A stretch of DNA of 64,000 bases. Source: the human T2T-CHM13v2.0 reference genome, Homo sapiens. Below the pieces are notes generated by a model, which worked only from the letters and a program-made list of their open reading frames with translations, did not search any database and had not been told where the DNA came from. Numbering within the stretch: the stretch's first letter is position 1; every line of letters begins with the position of its first letter. Where the stretch lies: NCBI RefSeq assembly GCF_009914755.1, contig NC_060938.1, one strand, 5' to 3'. A program made the position numbers and the translations under genes. Positions 28,794 to 44,940 of this stretch are shown here, piece after piece.

Positions 28794-29879
28794 CAGCAAC
28801 AAATATTTTTTAAGCATTGTCTGTGTGCCAAGCACACTGTTCTTCCACGGGAGCTGTGTTCAAAACCCTTTATTCAAGAGATCAATGCTGCCTAATGCTA
28901 GAAAAGACCATTTATTCTTCCTGCCATGGCCGTGCCATCCAAAGAATCTGTCTTTGCTGAAACAGTGGCCGATCAGTCATATAATTCATTATCAAAGCCT
29001 ACCAACTAATGGAATCTCCCCTTTATCCTACTCCATTGAGCTTTACTAAATTCCTCCCCCACCCCTACAAATGCCCAAAAGTTTCTTTCTTCCTTTCTCC
29101 TCTCCCTTGCTTGTGTTACTATGGTGAACATTCTGCCCTGCCAGCATCCTCATGAGGGCTAGTCTCAGGTCAGACCAGATTCCCAGGACAGGGTATAGGA
29201 TGTTTATTTCATCTTCCCTTGGAAAAGTCCTAAAAGCATATCACAGAAAGCCACTAAATGCTAAGACTCACACTTCTCATTGTAATTCCAACACTTTTCT
29301 CTCATTATATAGATGCTCAGAGATCTGGAGAAAAAAAGCTTAATTAGGTTTTGTCTATATGAGTAATAAAGGTGAAGGGGTTATGGTTACAAGATGGGAA
29401 GGGCCTTGTGAGTCTATAGGATTCAACCCTCTGTCTCAGGTAGATCTACATACAAACTCCACTGAACAGGAAGGGAAGATGGTTAGTAAAACTGACTGTT
29501 ACTGTTGTTGTTCTTTGAAACACCTCTAAGAAATTGAAAAATCTCTTGGGATATAGGGCCTGTGAACCCTCTTTGAAGGCATTTGTAAGACCTGTTAAAG
29601 TCAACTTCCTCCATATGATAGCTAAATGGACAATTAGTGACCAATATATGGAATTATTGTTGCTGCATTTTACCTGTTACTTGCTCCCAGTCACCACATC
29701 CAGGCTGGCCTCAACATGGCTAATAAAATTATCTTCCTGAAACACAGGCCAAATCAGTGTCACCCTTTTCCCCAACCTCGGAAGGCTTCAGTAGATTTCC
29801 ACTGCACATTAAGTGAAGTACACAATAATTACCATGGTATGGAAGACCCTCAGTCATCCATCTGTATGCCTGGACAACA

Positions 29880-30110
29880 AAGACACATGGGCTTTGAAGC
29901 CTGGAAGACTGAGGTTCAAATTTTATTTCTGCAATTTGCTAATTATTTTGCTTTAGGACTGAGCCTCAGTTTCCTCATCTCTACACAAAATGGCAATTAG
30001 AACCTCTGTCTCCTAGTGCTGTTGTTTGGATTAAATAAAGTGAGACTTTTAAAATACTGAGGACGATGCCTAGCACAAAGCAGGCCCTCAATAAACTTTG
30101 TTACCTTAAG
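29880..30110 (+). mobile_element. MIR SINE
   Basis: 'ctgagcctcagtttcctcatct...ggattaaataa...tgcctagcacaaagcaggccctcaataaa'. Confidence 0.8.
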
Positions 30111-30569
30111 TGTAAACTGCACTAAAAATTATTATCTTCTCTGTCAGCTCTCTGATCTCCAAATTTATTTCCTATCATAATCTTCCTCTCATTGAGTGCT
30201 CCATTTGAGACGTTTCTCTCTCCATTCCCAGGACACACTCTGCTAAATAGAGTCTTCCCCCCAAAATCCCTGCCATGCCTACTCCCAGAAGTTTACCTTT
30301 TCCATTCTAACCTTGCTCATTCTCTCAGTATCTGCTCTTTAAGGAAGTAATTTTCTTTTTAGGTCTATATTTTTTCTTGCATCTGGACTTGATTCCCATG
30401 ATACTTTTTGAGAATCTAAGGTGGCACTTACAGCCTTCAGCCTATTTTTAAACATGTAGTTTACTCTACTAAATTGCAGGTTTGCAGAGGGTAAAAATTG
30501 TGTCTTTTATATCTCTCTATCACCCCAAGGCACTGATAAAGCTGCATCCGTCATGATAAAGCAGTATGA

Positions 30570-30988
30570 TGAGATCTTTTAACAGGTCATGCTGAAGTAA
30601 CAAACAATCCTCAAATCTCAGGTGCTGACTACAACAAAGGTTTCTTGTTTGCTTGCATATATGTCAATCGTGGGTCAATGGGAGCTCTCCTCCTTGTGTC
30701 TCCTTTGTACTGAGATCTGGGCTGAATATGTACAGCTCCTCTCTGGCACTTGACCTTCTTGAGGCAGAAGGAAATGAGTTCATGGCAGAATGATGCAGTG
30801 GTCCTTAGATTCTCTTCTGGGGAGTGGCGTGTGTCACATGATGTGGTCAAACTTGGTACCACTGGGATGGGGAGAGAAGATGCTTTCCTGGGATGTTGCA
30901 CCACACACCCCATAGCAACAGGCAGTGGTGTAGCATCATCCAGAGAAGGGCGGCAAAATATTTGAACACATTATTGCAGTTTACCACC
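30570..30988 (-). mobile_element. Old MaLR LTR, MLT1I/J-like
   Basis: 'aggtcatgctgaagtaacaaacaatcctcaaatctcag...acaacaaaggttt'; ends 'aaatatttgaacacattattgcagtttacca'. Confidence 0.7.
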
Positions 30989-33039
30989 CTTGTACATCAG
31001 AGGCTGTCAAGGAATGCTATGAAAATCAAGTCAATTTGCATCATTTTAAATAACCTTCTGAAACCCATAGTCAATGGCAGTCAGAATATTACTAAAAACA
31101 TTATTTACTTAATTAGAAAATGTGCCCTTTGTGAAGAACTACCAGTGTGATTTCCCTTAGCTCTATGTATCAGAAGTAAGTGTTCTTTTACCCATTACCT
31201 ATGAAACACTGTTCGTTATTTTACTGGCTACTAGGAAGCTCCTGCCTAAATAATGGCTCCCATTGGTGAATTACACAGGAATTTATGGAAACTTTTTCAG
31301 AATTGACCTTATGCCTGGCATTATTGTATTTTACTTCTACCCTTATTCACCCAGATGTAAGTTTACCACCTGTATTTTTCATAAACTATTAAAAAATACA
31401 TGGATTATAAACAAATGAGCTTATCTTAGACATACCCTTTGAGACTGTTTGAAGCTTGTCTGCCCACTGGACTTTATTGTATTCTTGCTTAATGCTTTAG
31501 CTCTGCCTTTGAGGAATAAATGAAAACACATGTGGAAGACAAATCACTCCTTGTCCTTCCAAATATGCCATGAACTGCCTGATCAAAGGGAAATGAGAAA
31601 AGCCACTTTTCAAATGGGGCCCCAGGGGTCCCTGAACCAAACCAGTCTCTCTGGGGCCAGGAAGGACAGATCCCCAAATCTGCTCCAGTTCCCCAAGGTG
31701 CCTGCTGGACCCAGCACCTTTGCCCTCATCATCAATGAGAGGAAGCATCGATGTAATCCTTTATGCTTGGTGGGACTGTGGGAAATAATATCACAGACAA
31801 ACACTGGACCCCCAGGAGGGGCCTTCTTCAGATGACAGGAAGGCAGACACAATTGCAAATACCTTGTGCCTGTGTCTTCTAAGACAAAACAGTTGGACTC
31901 TTTGGACACATGGCTGATCTTCTCTCCACACATAGGGTAAGAACAATTCTATTCCTTACCCCATGGCTACCAAAGTGATGGATTCCTAATGCTGGGCTGA
32001 CTGTTTCATGCATCTTTATGAGTACCACGTGGGACTTCTCACTGAGTTTACGATGAAATGTGAATCCCTAAACTCGGATTTTGGGGCCTTCAGGAGCAGC
32101 TTCCTCATTCTCCATCTCTTGTGTTTCTAATTCCCTAAATTTTACATGCTCTTCCTTAAGTCCATTCCTTTGCAGTTAACTTTAAAAAATGATGATGATA
32201 GCAAAAATAACAATAATGATACTAATAATACAGTAAGCCCTAGCTGAGCTATAGTCATCCTTTCCACTCAACTGAACACATCTTTAGAGAGTCTTCTCTT
32301 TCATCATCAGATGTGTTAGGCAACCTACTTTGTGACCTCAGCTGATGCCTCTATATATTGTAATACTGTGTTTTATCAACTTGTCTATGATTCCTTGAGG
32401 CCAACCAAAGGCGATGTTCAAGCTCTTCTTTCCATCCCTAGCCACTAGCTCAGTATCAGGTGTTTAGGAGATGCAGAATGAATGTTTGCCAAATTAATAT
32501 GCACATAAGTTAAATAGGACCCCAGTCGGTTATATGGGTTTAGTGAGTCACAAAGAAGAAAGTGGTGTGGGGACGGTTGGAGGGAACAGAACAGGAAGAA
32601 ATAATACCTCCTTGAATCAACAGTGTCTACATCACCTCAGGTGAAAGGTGAGAGAGAGAGGCAGGCACTTCCTTCTTTAGAAGGATCAGAGGGAGCAGGA
32701 GGCTGAGAATGTGACCATTCACCCCACTGAATTAGACCTAGGGATGGTGACATGCCCGGCAGAAACTCCTGTGTGGGGCCAAGTCATCTTGGCCATGCAG
32801 GCAAAGACATGGTGAAGCAAGAATCTCTGTGGGAACATTTTGTAAAGAAGAGGCCATCGAGGATGTGGGGTTTTACAAACAACCTTCATCATTATGAGAA
32901 CCGTTACCACTGTTACTACAGGAAACTGTGCACACAGTAAAAATGAGATGGCAAGCACAGGCTCTGTTGCAGAAGAAGAAATGGAGTACATTTCCTGATA
33001 GTAGAGTAAGAAAGAAAAAAAAAATTCTGAGCCACTATG

Positions 33040-33325
33040 ACGCTGCCTAGTAAAACATAGTGAGAGACTCCTGTGTAATTTTAAATGTTCTGTTAGCCAC
33101 ATTTTAAAAAAATGTAAAATTAAACAGGTGAAATGAAGTTTAATGATGTATTTGACTTAACCCAATTCATTCAAAATATTATTTCAATCAGCAAACCACA
33201 CAAAATTATCAATGAGACATTTTACTTTTTTATGGTATACTGAGTATGAGAACTTGAGTTTGTTTTCCACCCACAGCATATCTCAATTCAGGCTGGCCAC
33301 AGTTCCAGTGCTCCATAGCATAGTG
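33040..33325. mobile_element. MER33 (hAT-Charlie)
   Basis: 'tgtaattttaaatgttctgttagccacattttaaaaaa...aaacaggtgaaat...acagcatatctcaattcaggctggccacagttccagtgctc'. Confidence 0.85.
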
Positions 33326-34384
33326 TGTTGGTCACTCTGTCCTGGAGGGCATAGGACGCTGAGCACTGTCTTTACATGGTCCCTGTATCTAGTGTGTAAC
33401 TGACTTTGAGGAAATATGGACAAGGGCTTTTAATGACAAGAGGCAGACCTTGAGGTGGGCCACATGTCACAGATGTCACAGCCAAAAGACTTCTACTTTG
33501 GTGGTCCCAAGGCCAGCATAAGAGGTGCTGTGAGATCATAGAGGAGCCCCTTCCCTTCTTGATGAATGGTCTGCATCAACACCTACAAAATAATAGTTTG
33601 GACCAGATGATGATAGTCTCTTAAAAGTATCTGCATGCATCATCTCCAACCCGCACCACCACTCCAGAGCTAGAAGTCAGACTCAACATTCACACTGGCC
33701 CTCATATGTTGGGTATGACATTGAAGGTCACATTCACAACAAGCCACAGAGCCAAGATGGGAGCCTACACCTGTGAGTCAATTCACTGGCTTGTGGCAAA
33801 TAGTTAAGGGCACTTTGCTTGTTATTCTAGGAAAAGATATTGGAACTCTGAATTGTGCGTATGCATAACAGATTTGATTTGCTCAATTGATATGAATGAC
33901 TACATCACCAGGTAGATGACCTCTGTTCTGTGGTACCTCCTGCCTTCTCAATTAAAAACTTTGCAGGCTGCCTTTCATCTTACTTAGGTTGAAACAGAAG
34001 CACATTTCAAACGTAGTTTATTTCTTCCTCCTCTTTCTTATACTCCGGTTGGTTTGGGCTCTTGAGCATTCATAGAGACAGCTCCCTGTCATTTTCTTCA
34101 CATTTTCCAAAAAGAGGAAATGGGGAAAAATATCAAAACACCAGACAGGTTGTTATTGCAGCATCAGAAATCTCAGTGGGAGCTTTGTTAAGTCACTGTC
34201 CTCCACCAGGAAGCAGGAGTACACCTCTAAGGCATTCTGAAGCTACCCAGACATTCAGCCCATCCTCCCTCTCTCTACTCCACCCCAGGCAGATCATAAA
34301 CACTTCTCCTGCCAGCCTTGGCCTGCTGATGTCAAGAAAAGCCCATGCACCAGGTCCTGTCCCAGTGCAGGACTGGGAAGAATA

Positions 34385-34630
34385 GCTTCAAGCATGGGCT
34401 CGCCTCCCACACTGATCTGGTTCAAGTCCCAGTTTCTCATGTAGCATGTGGCTCTGGGAACATCTCTTATCCTATCTTCCTGTCACGTTCCTCACCATAA
34501 AAGTATATTACTAATAATACCTCTTCCCAGGGGCTACTGCCCCTGAAACAGTGCAAGTTAGTGTCTAGCATGTGCTGGCACATGGGAAATGCTCATGAAA
34601 GCTCGCTAAAGACCATGTCCATTGTCATAA
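34385..34630 (+). mobile_element. MIR SINE
   Basis: 'tctggttcaagtcccagtt...gttcctcaccataaaa...tgctggcacatgggaaatgctc'. Confidence 0.65.
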
Positions 34631-34999
34631 CAACAATAGGGATTCAGTGAGCGCCCTGAGGTAGACCTTGAAGCCATATGAAAATACTTATCACATCCTC
34701 CCCGGAAGAGCCAACTTATACATTTTGAAAGAAGTGCTTATTTTACTGAAAATGCCATCAGAAGATACAGAAATGTTTTTCATTAAACACTGTGTAGCAA
34801 AAGGCTATAAAACCTTCCTTTGAACCTGTTCTCCTCACCCCATGTTTCCTGCCCTGGTGTTAACTTCTCTTCAGCATTCTTTCCTTTTCCAATGGCTTCT
34901 GCAAGCTCCCCATCTGCTCAGGCTGACAGCTTGGTCCCCACTCAGAATCACACAATTCCAGCCAATGTCACCCCACCTTCAGGAAGCTGTGGACACCAT

Positions 35000-35720
35000 C
35001 CAGGCCTATGCTAACATGACACGCCAAGCATCTTATTGTGATTATGAATATATAATTCCTGACCTCAAAAAATTGAGTGTCTAGAGGAGAAGACAGACAC
35101 GTAAAGAGGTGAGTACCTGGGAGAGAGGAAAAGGTTTTTGGAAGCATGCATCATAAACCCGAATAAGGCATGGCTTTTGGAGCCCAAAGGTATCAAAGAG
35201 AGCTTGATAGAGCTATCCCAACCATCGACTGAGAGATGTGAAGAAGTATTCCCTGGGTGGAAAGAAATTCAAAGTGAAATTCTAAAGGACATTGTAAATG
35301 TAATAGAATATGCCAAGGTATAGGCTTGTGGAATGTTTGGGAAAATGCAAATCATTCCATACTGTTTATAAGTACCCTGTCCTCCCTGGGAGAAAAGGAG
35401 TAGAGATGATGGGGGTTGGAAATGAAACTTAGAGAAAGGCTTAGTTGGGCCTGTTAATGAATTTGAACTTGATCTTGAAGATAATGGGAAGCTACTGAAG
35501 GATTTCAGGCTGAGAGATGGCATCAAAATCTCTATTTTAAAAATGTAAACCTGGCCATTATGTTGGGGAAGAAATAGTGACAAGAAAGAAAGAGACATGG
35601 GTTTGTAAGCTATTTTGGTGATGCAGGTGGAGAATAATGAGACACTATTCACGTCCAAAGCCTGGCAAGTAAGATGTGTGAGCTTGGGCAATTGGAAGAC
35701 AATGCACATATTTCACTTGT
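35000..35720 (-). mobile_element. L2 LINE fragment
   Basis: 'aatgggaagctactgaaggatttcaggc...tattttaaaa...gtaagctattttggtgatgcaggtggagaataatg'. Confidence 0.7.
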
Positions 35721-36489
35721 AAGCAGGAGAGTGAGACTCAGCCGCAAGAAGTTTCTGTCACAGCTATCATAACTGTGAGATACCAAGTATATTAGTAAGG
35801 ATTATGACAAGATGTTATGCACCAGACATGGGTTTTTCTGATGGCTTGCATGTGGTAATCCCAAGTGAATATTTTGGGGGATAACCAAGTGAAATTTGGA
35901 GTTCCTTTTAGTCACCAAGCTCATCTTTCTCTCCCACGTTTCCCCGACTCCCAGTTAGGTCTCAGAATGCTCAACACGCTCTGCTGATGGTGCCAGTCAT
36001 TCTTTTTCTGAATTTGCTACTACCTTTCTCCTGCTGTGTTTCCTCTTTCCCACTAAGAGGGGACATGCTGGACTTGGCTTCCTTTGTGATTAGCACCACT
36101 GGATTCAAATTTATTAGTCCCAGGAGCAGGAGGCTAATGAGTTAAATGCCCTGATTTAATTAAACCACCTAATGGTTTCAGCTTACATAAATTCTCACCT
36201 GATCAGTCCGGCATCTCTTAAATACATTATCTCTGGCACTCTGCAGGAAGGCAGCAAGCTAGATCCCTGAAACATGAGGCAGGTCCCAGTCCCTAAGCAC
36301 TCAGCTCACATATAATAAAGAACAAATCTGTCTTCTCTCAATGCCTGAATCTTTGGTCACCTCAAATGCAACAGTCTGCCAAAGGTAGTCAATGTCCCGA
36401 GGAGCTGGCTTCTTTCTGGGATAGATAGAGTTATATTTGGATGATCCCTTACTTTGAGCTCTGCAAACCTGTCTTATTCCCAGAGAGGA

Positions 36490-36720
36490 AGTTCAGTGCA
36501 GTGAATTGGTTCATGGTTTGGGTGTCAGAAGCATGTGATTGAGTCTCTTACTATCTATGTAATCTCAGCAAGCTATTTAACCTTCTGGTTCTGGTGCTCT
36601 TAACTGCAAAAGAAGCACTGCAATGCCAACATTTCTACATCCCTGTGAGGGTTAAAGAATGTAATGAATATAGCATACATAGCTTCGGTAACACTCCCCT
36701 ATTATTATTATCATCATGGT
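36490..36720 (+). mobile_element. MIR SINE
   Basis: 'tactatctatgtaatctcagcaagctatttaaccttct...gtgagggttaaa...attattattatc'. Confidence 0.6.
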
Positions 36721-37689
36721 GTGGACAGCAGGAGATGAACCTAGGCATCCAAGGCAGGGGCTACCATAGGCAAGGAACGAATGATCCTGGGTACTCCAAC
36801 AGAGGCAGCATTGTGGCCACTGGTCCAGGGTTTTGCAAACAGCATAGCTAATCTTTCCAACCATGCTAAAAGATGGGTTTGATGAATTTCCCAATTTAAA
36901 GTGATCTTCCCAATGAAGATCAGAGATGTGAGATTATGTGCCCAGTCTCATAACTAGTAAGTCTTCCAATAAGGATGCCAGTTCTATTCCATCAGTGTTT
37001 TTGACTACCATCTTCCCTACGTGGTTTTCTAAATCTCAAGCCTGTGGAAAAAAAATAGAAAAATAGAAAAAGTATTATGGGTAGACAAGCAGGCAGAAAC
37101 ATGGGTGGTCATAAGGCCTTGTCAGGAACTGAATAAGGCAGAAAACTATGAAAAACAGATTTTTCACAAAATGCAATCTTGTACCATTTAGTAATTAGGA
37201 CAAACAGAAGTTCCCATGACATTTTTTTCTTATAGGATGTGCTGTTTGTTAACTGTGTTAATAAGGCTATCCCTGAATCATAAAGATGAGATCACATTCA
37301 GAAAACTCATTTTCGAAAAACAGAAGACATAGTGGAACATTCTAAAAAGTTGTTTTTATCAAAAATGATGACATAAAATATTTGGGGCTCCAAGGAAGAA
37401 AGCTCTGTAGCAAAGTGTCTGGTACATAGCACACACTCCAAACAAACAGTGACAACTGGATCCACGAAGAATGCGAGAAAAAATCAGCACATCACAGCCC
37501 ATCACCCAAGAATTCCAGACAAAGTGATTCTGGGCAATTTTGACTCTAAGAAGGCTCTTTCTTTGTCACTACCATGGGGTTGACCGGAAAGCTGGGTCTC
37601 CCTAAACTTGTGCTGATTGATGTATTTGATTTTTGTGAAGTTTCAGGATACAAGAGCATGCTCTCTCTGCATGATAGGGGTAGGAGAGG

Positions 37690-38142
37690 AATATAGTCTG
37701 GATGTTTCTGTGCCCCCAAAATGTGTATGTTGAAATTCTAATCCCTTAAGAAATGATATTAGGAGGTAGAGCTTTTGGGAGGTAATTATAGGTTGGTGCA
37801 AAAGCAATTGTGGTTTTGTCATTACTTTTTATTATTTTTAATGGCAAAAACTGCAATCGCTTTTGCATCAACCTATAGATCACAAGGGTGGAGCCCTCTT
37901 GAGTAGTATTAATGCTCTTATAAAAGAAGACTGAGGGGCTTTGTTTTCTCCACTATGTGAAGACAAAGAGAGAATTTGTCATCTGAGATGAAGTGGGCCC
38001 TCAACAGACCCATGCCTCAAATCTGCTCATGCCTTGATTTTGGATTTCCCAGTCTTCATAACTGTGAGAAATACATGATTGTTCTTTATAATCCACCCAG
38101 TTCCTGATATTTTTGTTATAAAAGAATGAATGTACTAAAACA
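37690..38142 (+). mobile_element. MaLR solo LTR, MLT1A/A0-like, interrupted by MADE1
   Basis: 'tgcccccaaaatgtgtatgttgaaattctaatccc...ttaggaggt' ... 'ccttgattttggatttcccagtc...actgtgagaaata...tttgttata...actaaaaca'. Confidence 0.85.
37789..37875. mobile_element. MADE1 (Hsmar1-derived MITE), palindromic
   Basis: Arms taggttggtgcaaaagcaattgtggttttgtcatta / taatggcaaaaactgcaatcgcttttgcatcaaccta; TA flanks at 37787-37788 and 37876-37877. Confidence 0.93.
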
Positions 38143-38895
38143 GAAAGAAAGCACAGCTGAAGAGAATGTTTCTTTACTCATTGAATATCTAAAAAAATTC
38201 TGTAGATGATGCTGTATTTAGAAGCATTTTGACTGTGGAAAAACAGTGTTTTGGAGCTCTCCCCAGTAAGACTTAGAATGTATCAATAAGGAATGAGGAC
38301 CTTCAGTTTAAGCAGAAACTCCAGAAAGATTAAATATCAGTAAATGGGGCCTTTCTGAAAGTCTATGGGTGGAAATCAAAGGCAGAGAACTATTCAACAA
38401 ACACACACGGAGTGTTTAATATGTCCTTGAAATGGTGCTTCTACTTGGAGCACCAGAGGCAAGGTCATAGCAGCCAACATGCTCAGAGATCTGTTCAGAG
38501 CCTGGCAAGTAAGCTTGTAATGGACTGAGAGCCTCCAAGAGGTAGACCCAGTACTTCTGTTCATTTAATACTCACAGCACCTCTGCAAGGGTAGGGTGGG
38601 TGTTCCCGATCCCAATTTTATAGAATAGGAAACTGAGGCTAAGAGAGGTTATATAACTGGGTTCAAACAGCTAAGAAGCTACTGATAATGATGATAACAA
38701 TAATGATGAAATAAATTGTGTTTGTGTGTGTAATCATCAATAGGAAAGGGGCTTCCATTCCTTACCTCCCTGAAAACAAATGTCAAAAGTATTATAAGAA
38801 TTTATATTTGGCTAGGATGGTCCTGTCTCTACTGCTGAGTACTGTGTTATATCTCCTTTTTGAAAATATGACTGTTTTATTCAAATAATTTGAAC

Positions 38896-38919
38896 ATATA
38901 TATATATATATATATATAT
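38896..38919. repeat. (AT)12 microsatellite
   Basis: Directly visible. Confidence 0.9.
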
Positions 38920-40682
38920 GCCCTCAAATTAGAGCCCACTCCCCAAGCCAGATCCCACCCCTCTTCCCATGAGGTCAAGACACGTTCTCCTATCCAGGTT
39001 CCTAGACACCCCACAGGCAAATTCTCTATCAAACTCTGACACTTAAAACCCTGATAGATTTTTTTCCTCCGGATACCATCTGTTCATTAAAGTCAACATT
39101 ACATCTTCCTGTCCCGGAGAGCCCCAGGCAATCCTCAAATTTTGCTGGACTGGAGAAAAAACAGGCACAAATTTAAAGACCACAGAGCATTCGTCTTCCA
39201 GAAAGAAAGAAACAAGGAAAGAAAGAAGAAAGGAAAGGAAGGAGGGAGGAAAGAAAAGGCTAAAACAGGAGTTCTCTCAACTTCACATATGCTGTGAATT
39301 CAGGCTCAGGATTGATTTTTCAGAAATTCTACCCTGTGTTTAATATCCTTTGTGTGTCCATCTTGGGGACAGGTGATAAATTTTTGTTCCCTGGCAGAGC
39401 AGTCTCAATTATGGATCTGTAAGCAGGGGTTGTGATACTGCTTGGTGTGATTCTTGTCCTTTCTTCTTCTTTCTTTTGTTCTTGGGCGTGAACATTCAGA
39501 AGTAAAGCATGGACTTATTTAAGCATCTCAACACGTATTTTTCTTAAAACAACTTCCTTTAGTTGGAAAAGAGAGTTGTGCATTTGTATCCTTTGTAGAA
39601 GAAAACCAGGCTCTGAGGAATCACAAGCAAATGCATATGTCTAGTTATTGCTAAAATCTGTGGACATGATGAAGTCTCTCTCCCTCCCTCCCCACCTTGA
39701 AATATACAAGCTACCATCCTGCAACCAAAAACGGAATGGATTATCAGGTTGATTTTAGGAAATATTTTCCTACTGAGGGGACTCCCATACCTCAGGAACC
39801 CAATGTGGAGAACACAGTTATATGAAGAAAAGGAAGATAAGCATGCTGAGGGTATTAATCATTATCAAGTCAAGTTGTCATTCATGTGCCATGATTATTG
39901 TTTTTCACATTCACCAAATGCTTTCCTGATAAGAACAACACTTAAATAGCAAGGTAAGAAAATGGCAGGGGCAGATTTTTTTTTTAAATCTAGGTGACAT
40001 TTTAATAATAAGAGTGTACAATATTCAGGATATTAAAGTCTTATTTCCCAGGCAAATCAGAGCAACGTGACTAATCCACAGATACCCAAGAAAGGAGCTA
40101 ATAGAAATGTCATATTCATTCATTCATTTATTCATTGACTCATTCATTGCTTTAGGCCAGAGCATATTCACAATTTGGGGAAGATATCCAGGACTCTTCA
40201 TGATAGGAGGTAGAAATTCAATGGCCTGCAGTCTTGACAGGTAACATAGATAAAGTCCTGTATCAAGTGGGACCTGGGCAAAGCTATGACCTCATTCCAG
40301 GTCAAAAAGAGGTGTTTTAAAGTTCCCACAGTGCTAAAGCATTATTATTTCTCCCACCATTTTCTGTATTTTTGGGGAACTATGTGGGTTACAGCCCCTC
40401 TGACCACAGTAACCTAAATGACCTCTCAAAGTGGACCTCCCATCAAACCCTTGTTAAGGTTTACCACCCAGATAAGAAACATGGGGATATTTTCATTTGA
40501 TAAAGTCATCTGCTTTCCTTCCAAACTTCCTCATCTGTGTAGTTATTTTTCCTATCTCTCCAAGAAGATACAGGGCATCTAGAATATCAAGAAAAGCTCC
40601 AGGAAGGTACCATGTAGTGTGAGAAAAAAAAAAGCCTAAAGGCCAGGAATGACATTTTCTGTGGAAGGAGTTAAATACTGGT

Positions 40683-43400
<2,718 letters not shown>

Positions 43401-43760
43401 TTCATGTCCTTTGTAGGGACATGGATGAAGCTGGAAACCATCATTCTCAGCAAACTATCGCAAGGACAAAAAAACCAAACACCACATGTTCTCACTCATA
43501 GGTGGGAATTGAACAATGAGAACACTTGGACACAGGAAGGGGAACATCACACACCAGGGACTGTTGTGGGGTGGGGGGAGGGGGAGGGATAGCATTAGGA
43601 GATATACCTAATGTAAATGATGAGTTAATGAGTGCAGCACACCAACATGGCACATGTATACCTATGTAACAAACCTGCATGTTGTGCACATGTACCCTAC
43701 AACTTAAAGTATAAAAAAATTTTTTGAAAAGGAAAAAAAAAAATTTTTGGTCCAGTTTTT

Positions 43761-44058
43761 GTTTGTTTGTTTTTTGAGACAGGGCCTCATTCTGTCACCC
43801 AGGCTGGAGTGCAGTGGCGGAATCTCAGCTCACTGCAACTTCTGCCTCCCACGTTCAAGCGAATCTCATACCTTGGCCTCCTGAGTAGATGAAATTACAG
43901 GCATGTGTCACCATGCCAGGCTAATTTTTTTTGTATTTTTAGTAGAGAAGGGGCTTCACCATGTTGCCTAGGCTGGTCTTGAACTCCTGAGCTGAGGCAA
44001 TACACCCCTCAGCCTCCCAAAGTGCTAGGAATACCGGCATGAGCCACCACACCTGGTC
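43761..44058 (-). mobile_element. AluJ (Jb-like)
   Basis: Diverged dimer with J-type 'gagacaggg', 'ttgcctaggctggtc', 'ctgagctgaggcaat'; TSD tggtccagttttt at 43748-43760 and 44059-44071. Confidence 0.9.
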
Positions 44059-44315
44059 TGGTCCAGTTTTTGTAATGAGTGACTAGTCGTAACACACGTA
44101 TACAAATAACACACACTTGCATTGGCAGATGTGTACCCCCACACACACTTTCCAATTCATCAGCTTTCAAAGCCTGGATCAGATACCAGTAATACCTCCT
44201 TTAAGTTGCCTTCTGGGCTGCGCCAGCTAGAAGCTTTGTCTTCCCCAGTTCTGTACCTTTGTCTCCAACACTGATGGATTTCTAACTTGTTCTATAATTC
44301 ATTAGAAAGTAGTAT

Positions 44316-44636
44316 GGTGCGGTGGCTCACACCTGTAATCCCAGCATTTTGGGAGGCTGAGGCAGGTGGATCACCTGAGGTCGGGAGTTCGAGACCAGCC
44401 TGACCAACATGGGGAAACCCAGTCTCTACTAAAAAAAAAAAAAAAAAAAAAACATTAGCCGTGTGGGGTGGCACACTCCTGTAATCCTAGCTACTCGGGA
44501 GGCTGAGGCGGGAGAATCGCCTGAACTTAGGAGGCGGAGTTTGAAGTGACCCAAGATTGCACCATTGCACTCCACCCTGGGCAACAGAGCGAGACTCCAT
44601 CTCAAAAAAGAAAAAAAGAAAAGAAATAAAGGAAAA
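44316..44636 (+). mobile_element. AluSp-like, with an expanded middle A-tract
   Basis: 'ggtcgggagttcgagaccagcctgaccaacatgg', 'ccattgcact'; TSD agaaagtagtatggtg at 44304-44319 and 44637-44652 (last 4 nt overlap the Alu 5' end). Confidence 0.92.
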
Positions 44637-44659
44637 AGAAAGTAGTATGGTGTAACTAA

Positions 44660-44940
44660 GGGGAGAGGTTGGTTAACGTGTACAAAGTTTCAGTTAGACA
44701 GAATGAATCAGATCTGGAGACCTACAACATAGTGACCACGGTTACTAATAATGTTTTGTATACTTGAAAATTGTTAAGAGAGTAGATCCTAAATGTTCTC
44801 ACCACAAAAAGATAAGTAAGTGAGGTGATGGATCTGTTAATTAGCTTCATTTAATCATTCCACAATGTATACATGTGTCAAAACATCAAGTGGTACCTTG
44901 TCAATACATATAATTTTTAGTTGTCAAAAAAAAAAATAAG
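44660..44940 (+). mobile_element. L1MA (MA8-10-like) 3' end, heavily 5'-truncated
   Basis: 'tacaaagtttcagttagacag...gtatacttgaaaattgttaagagagtagat...aaatgttctcaccacaaaaa...gtgaggtgatgga...gttaattagctt' plus A tail; 22-bp TSD at 44638-44659 and 44941-44962. Confidence 0.88.

Noticed and set aside
43568-43588. G-quadruplex motif
   Set aside because: The standard G-rich tract of the L1PA 3' UTR; not locus-specific.
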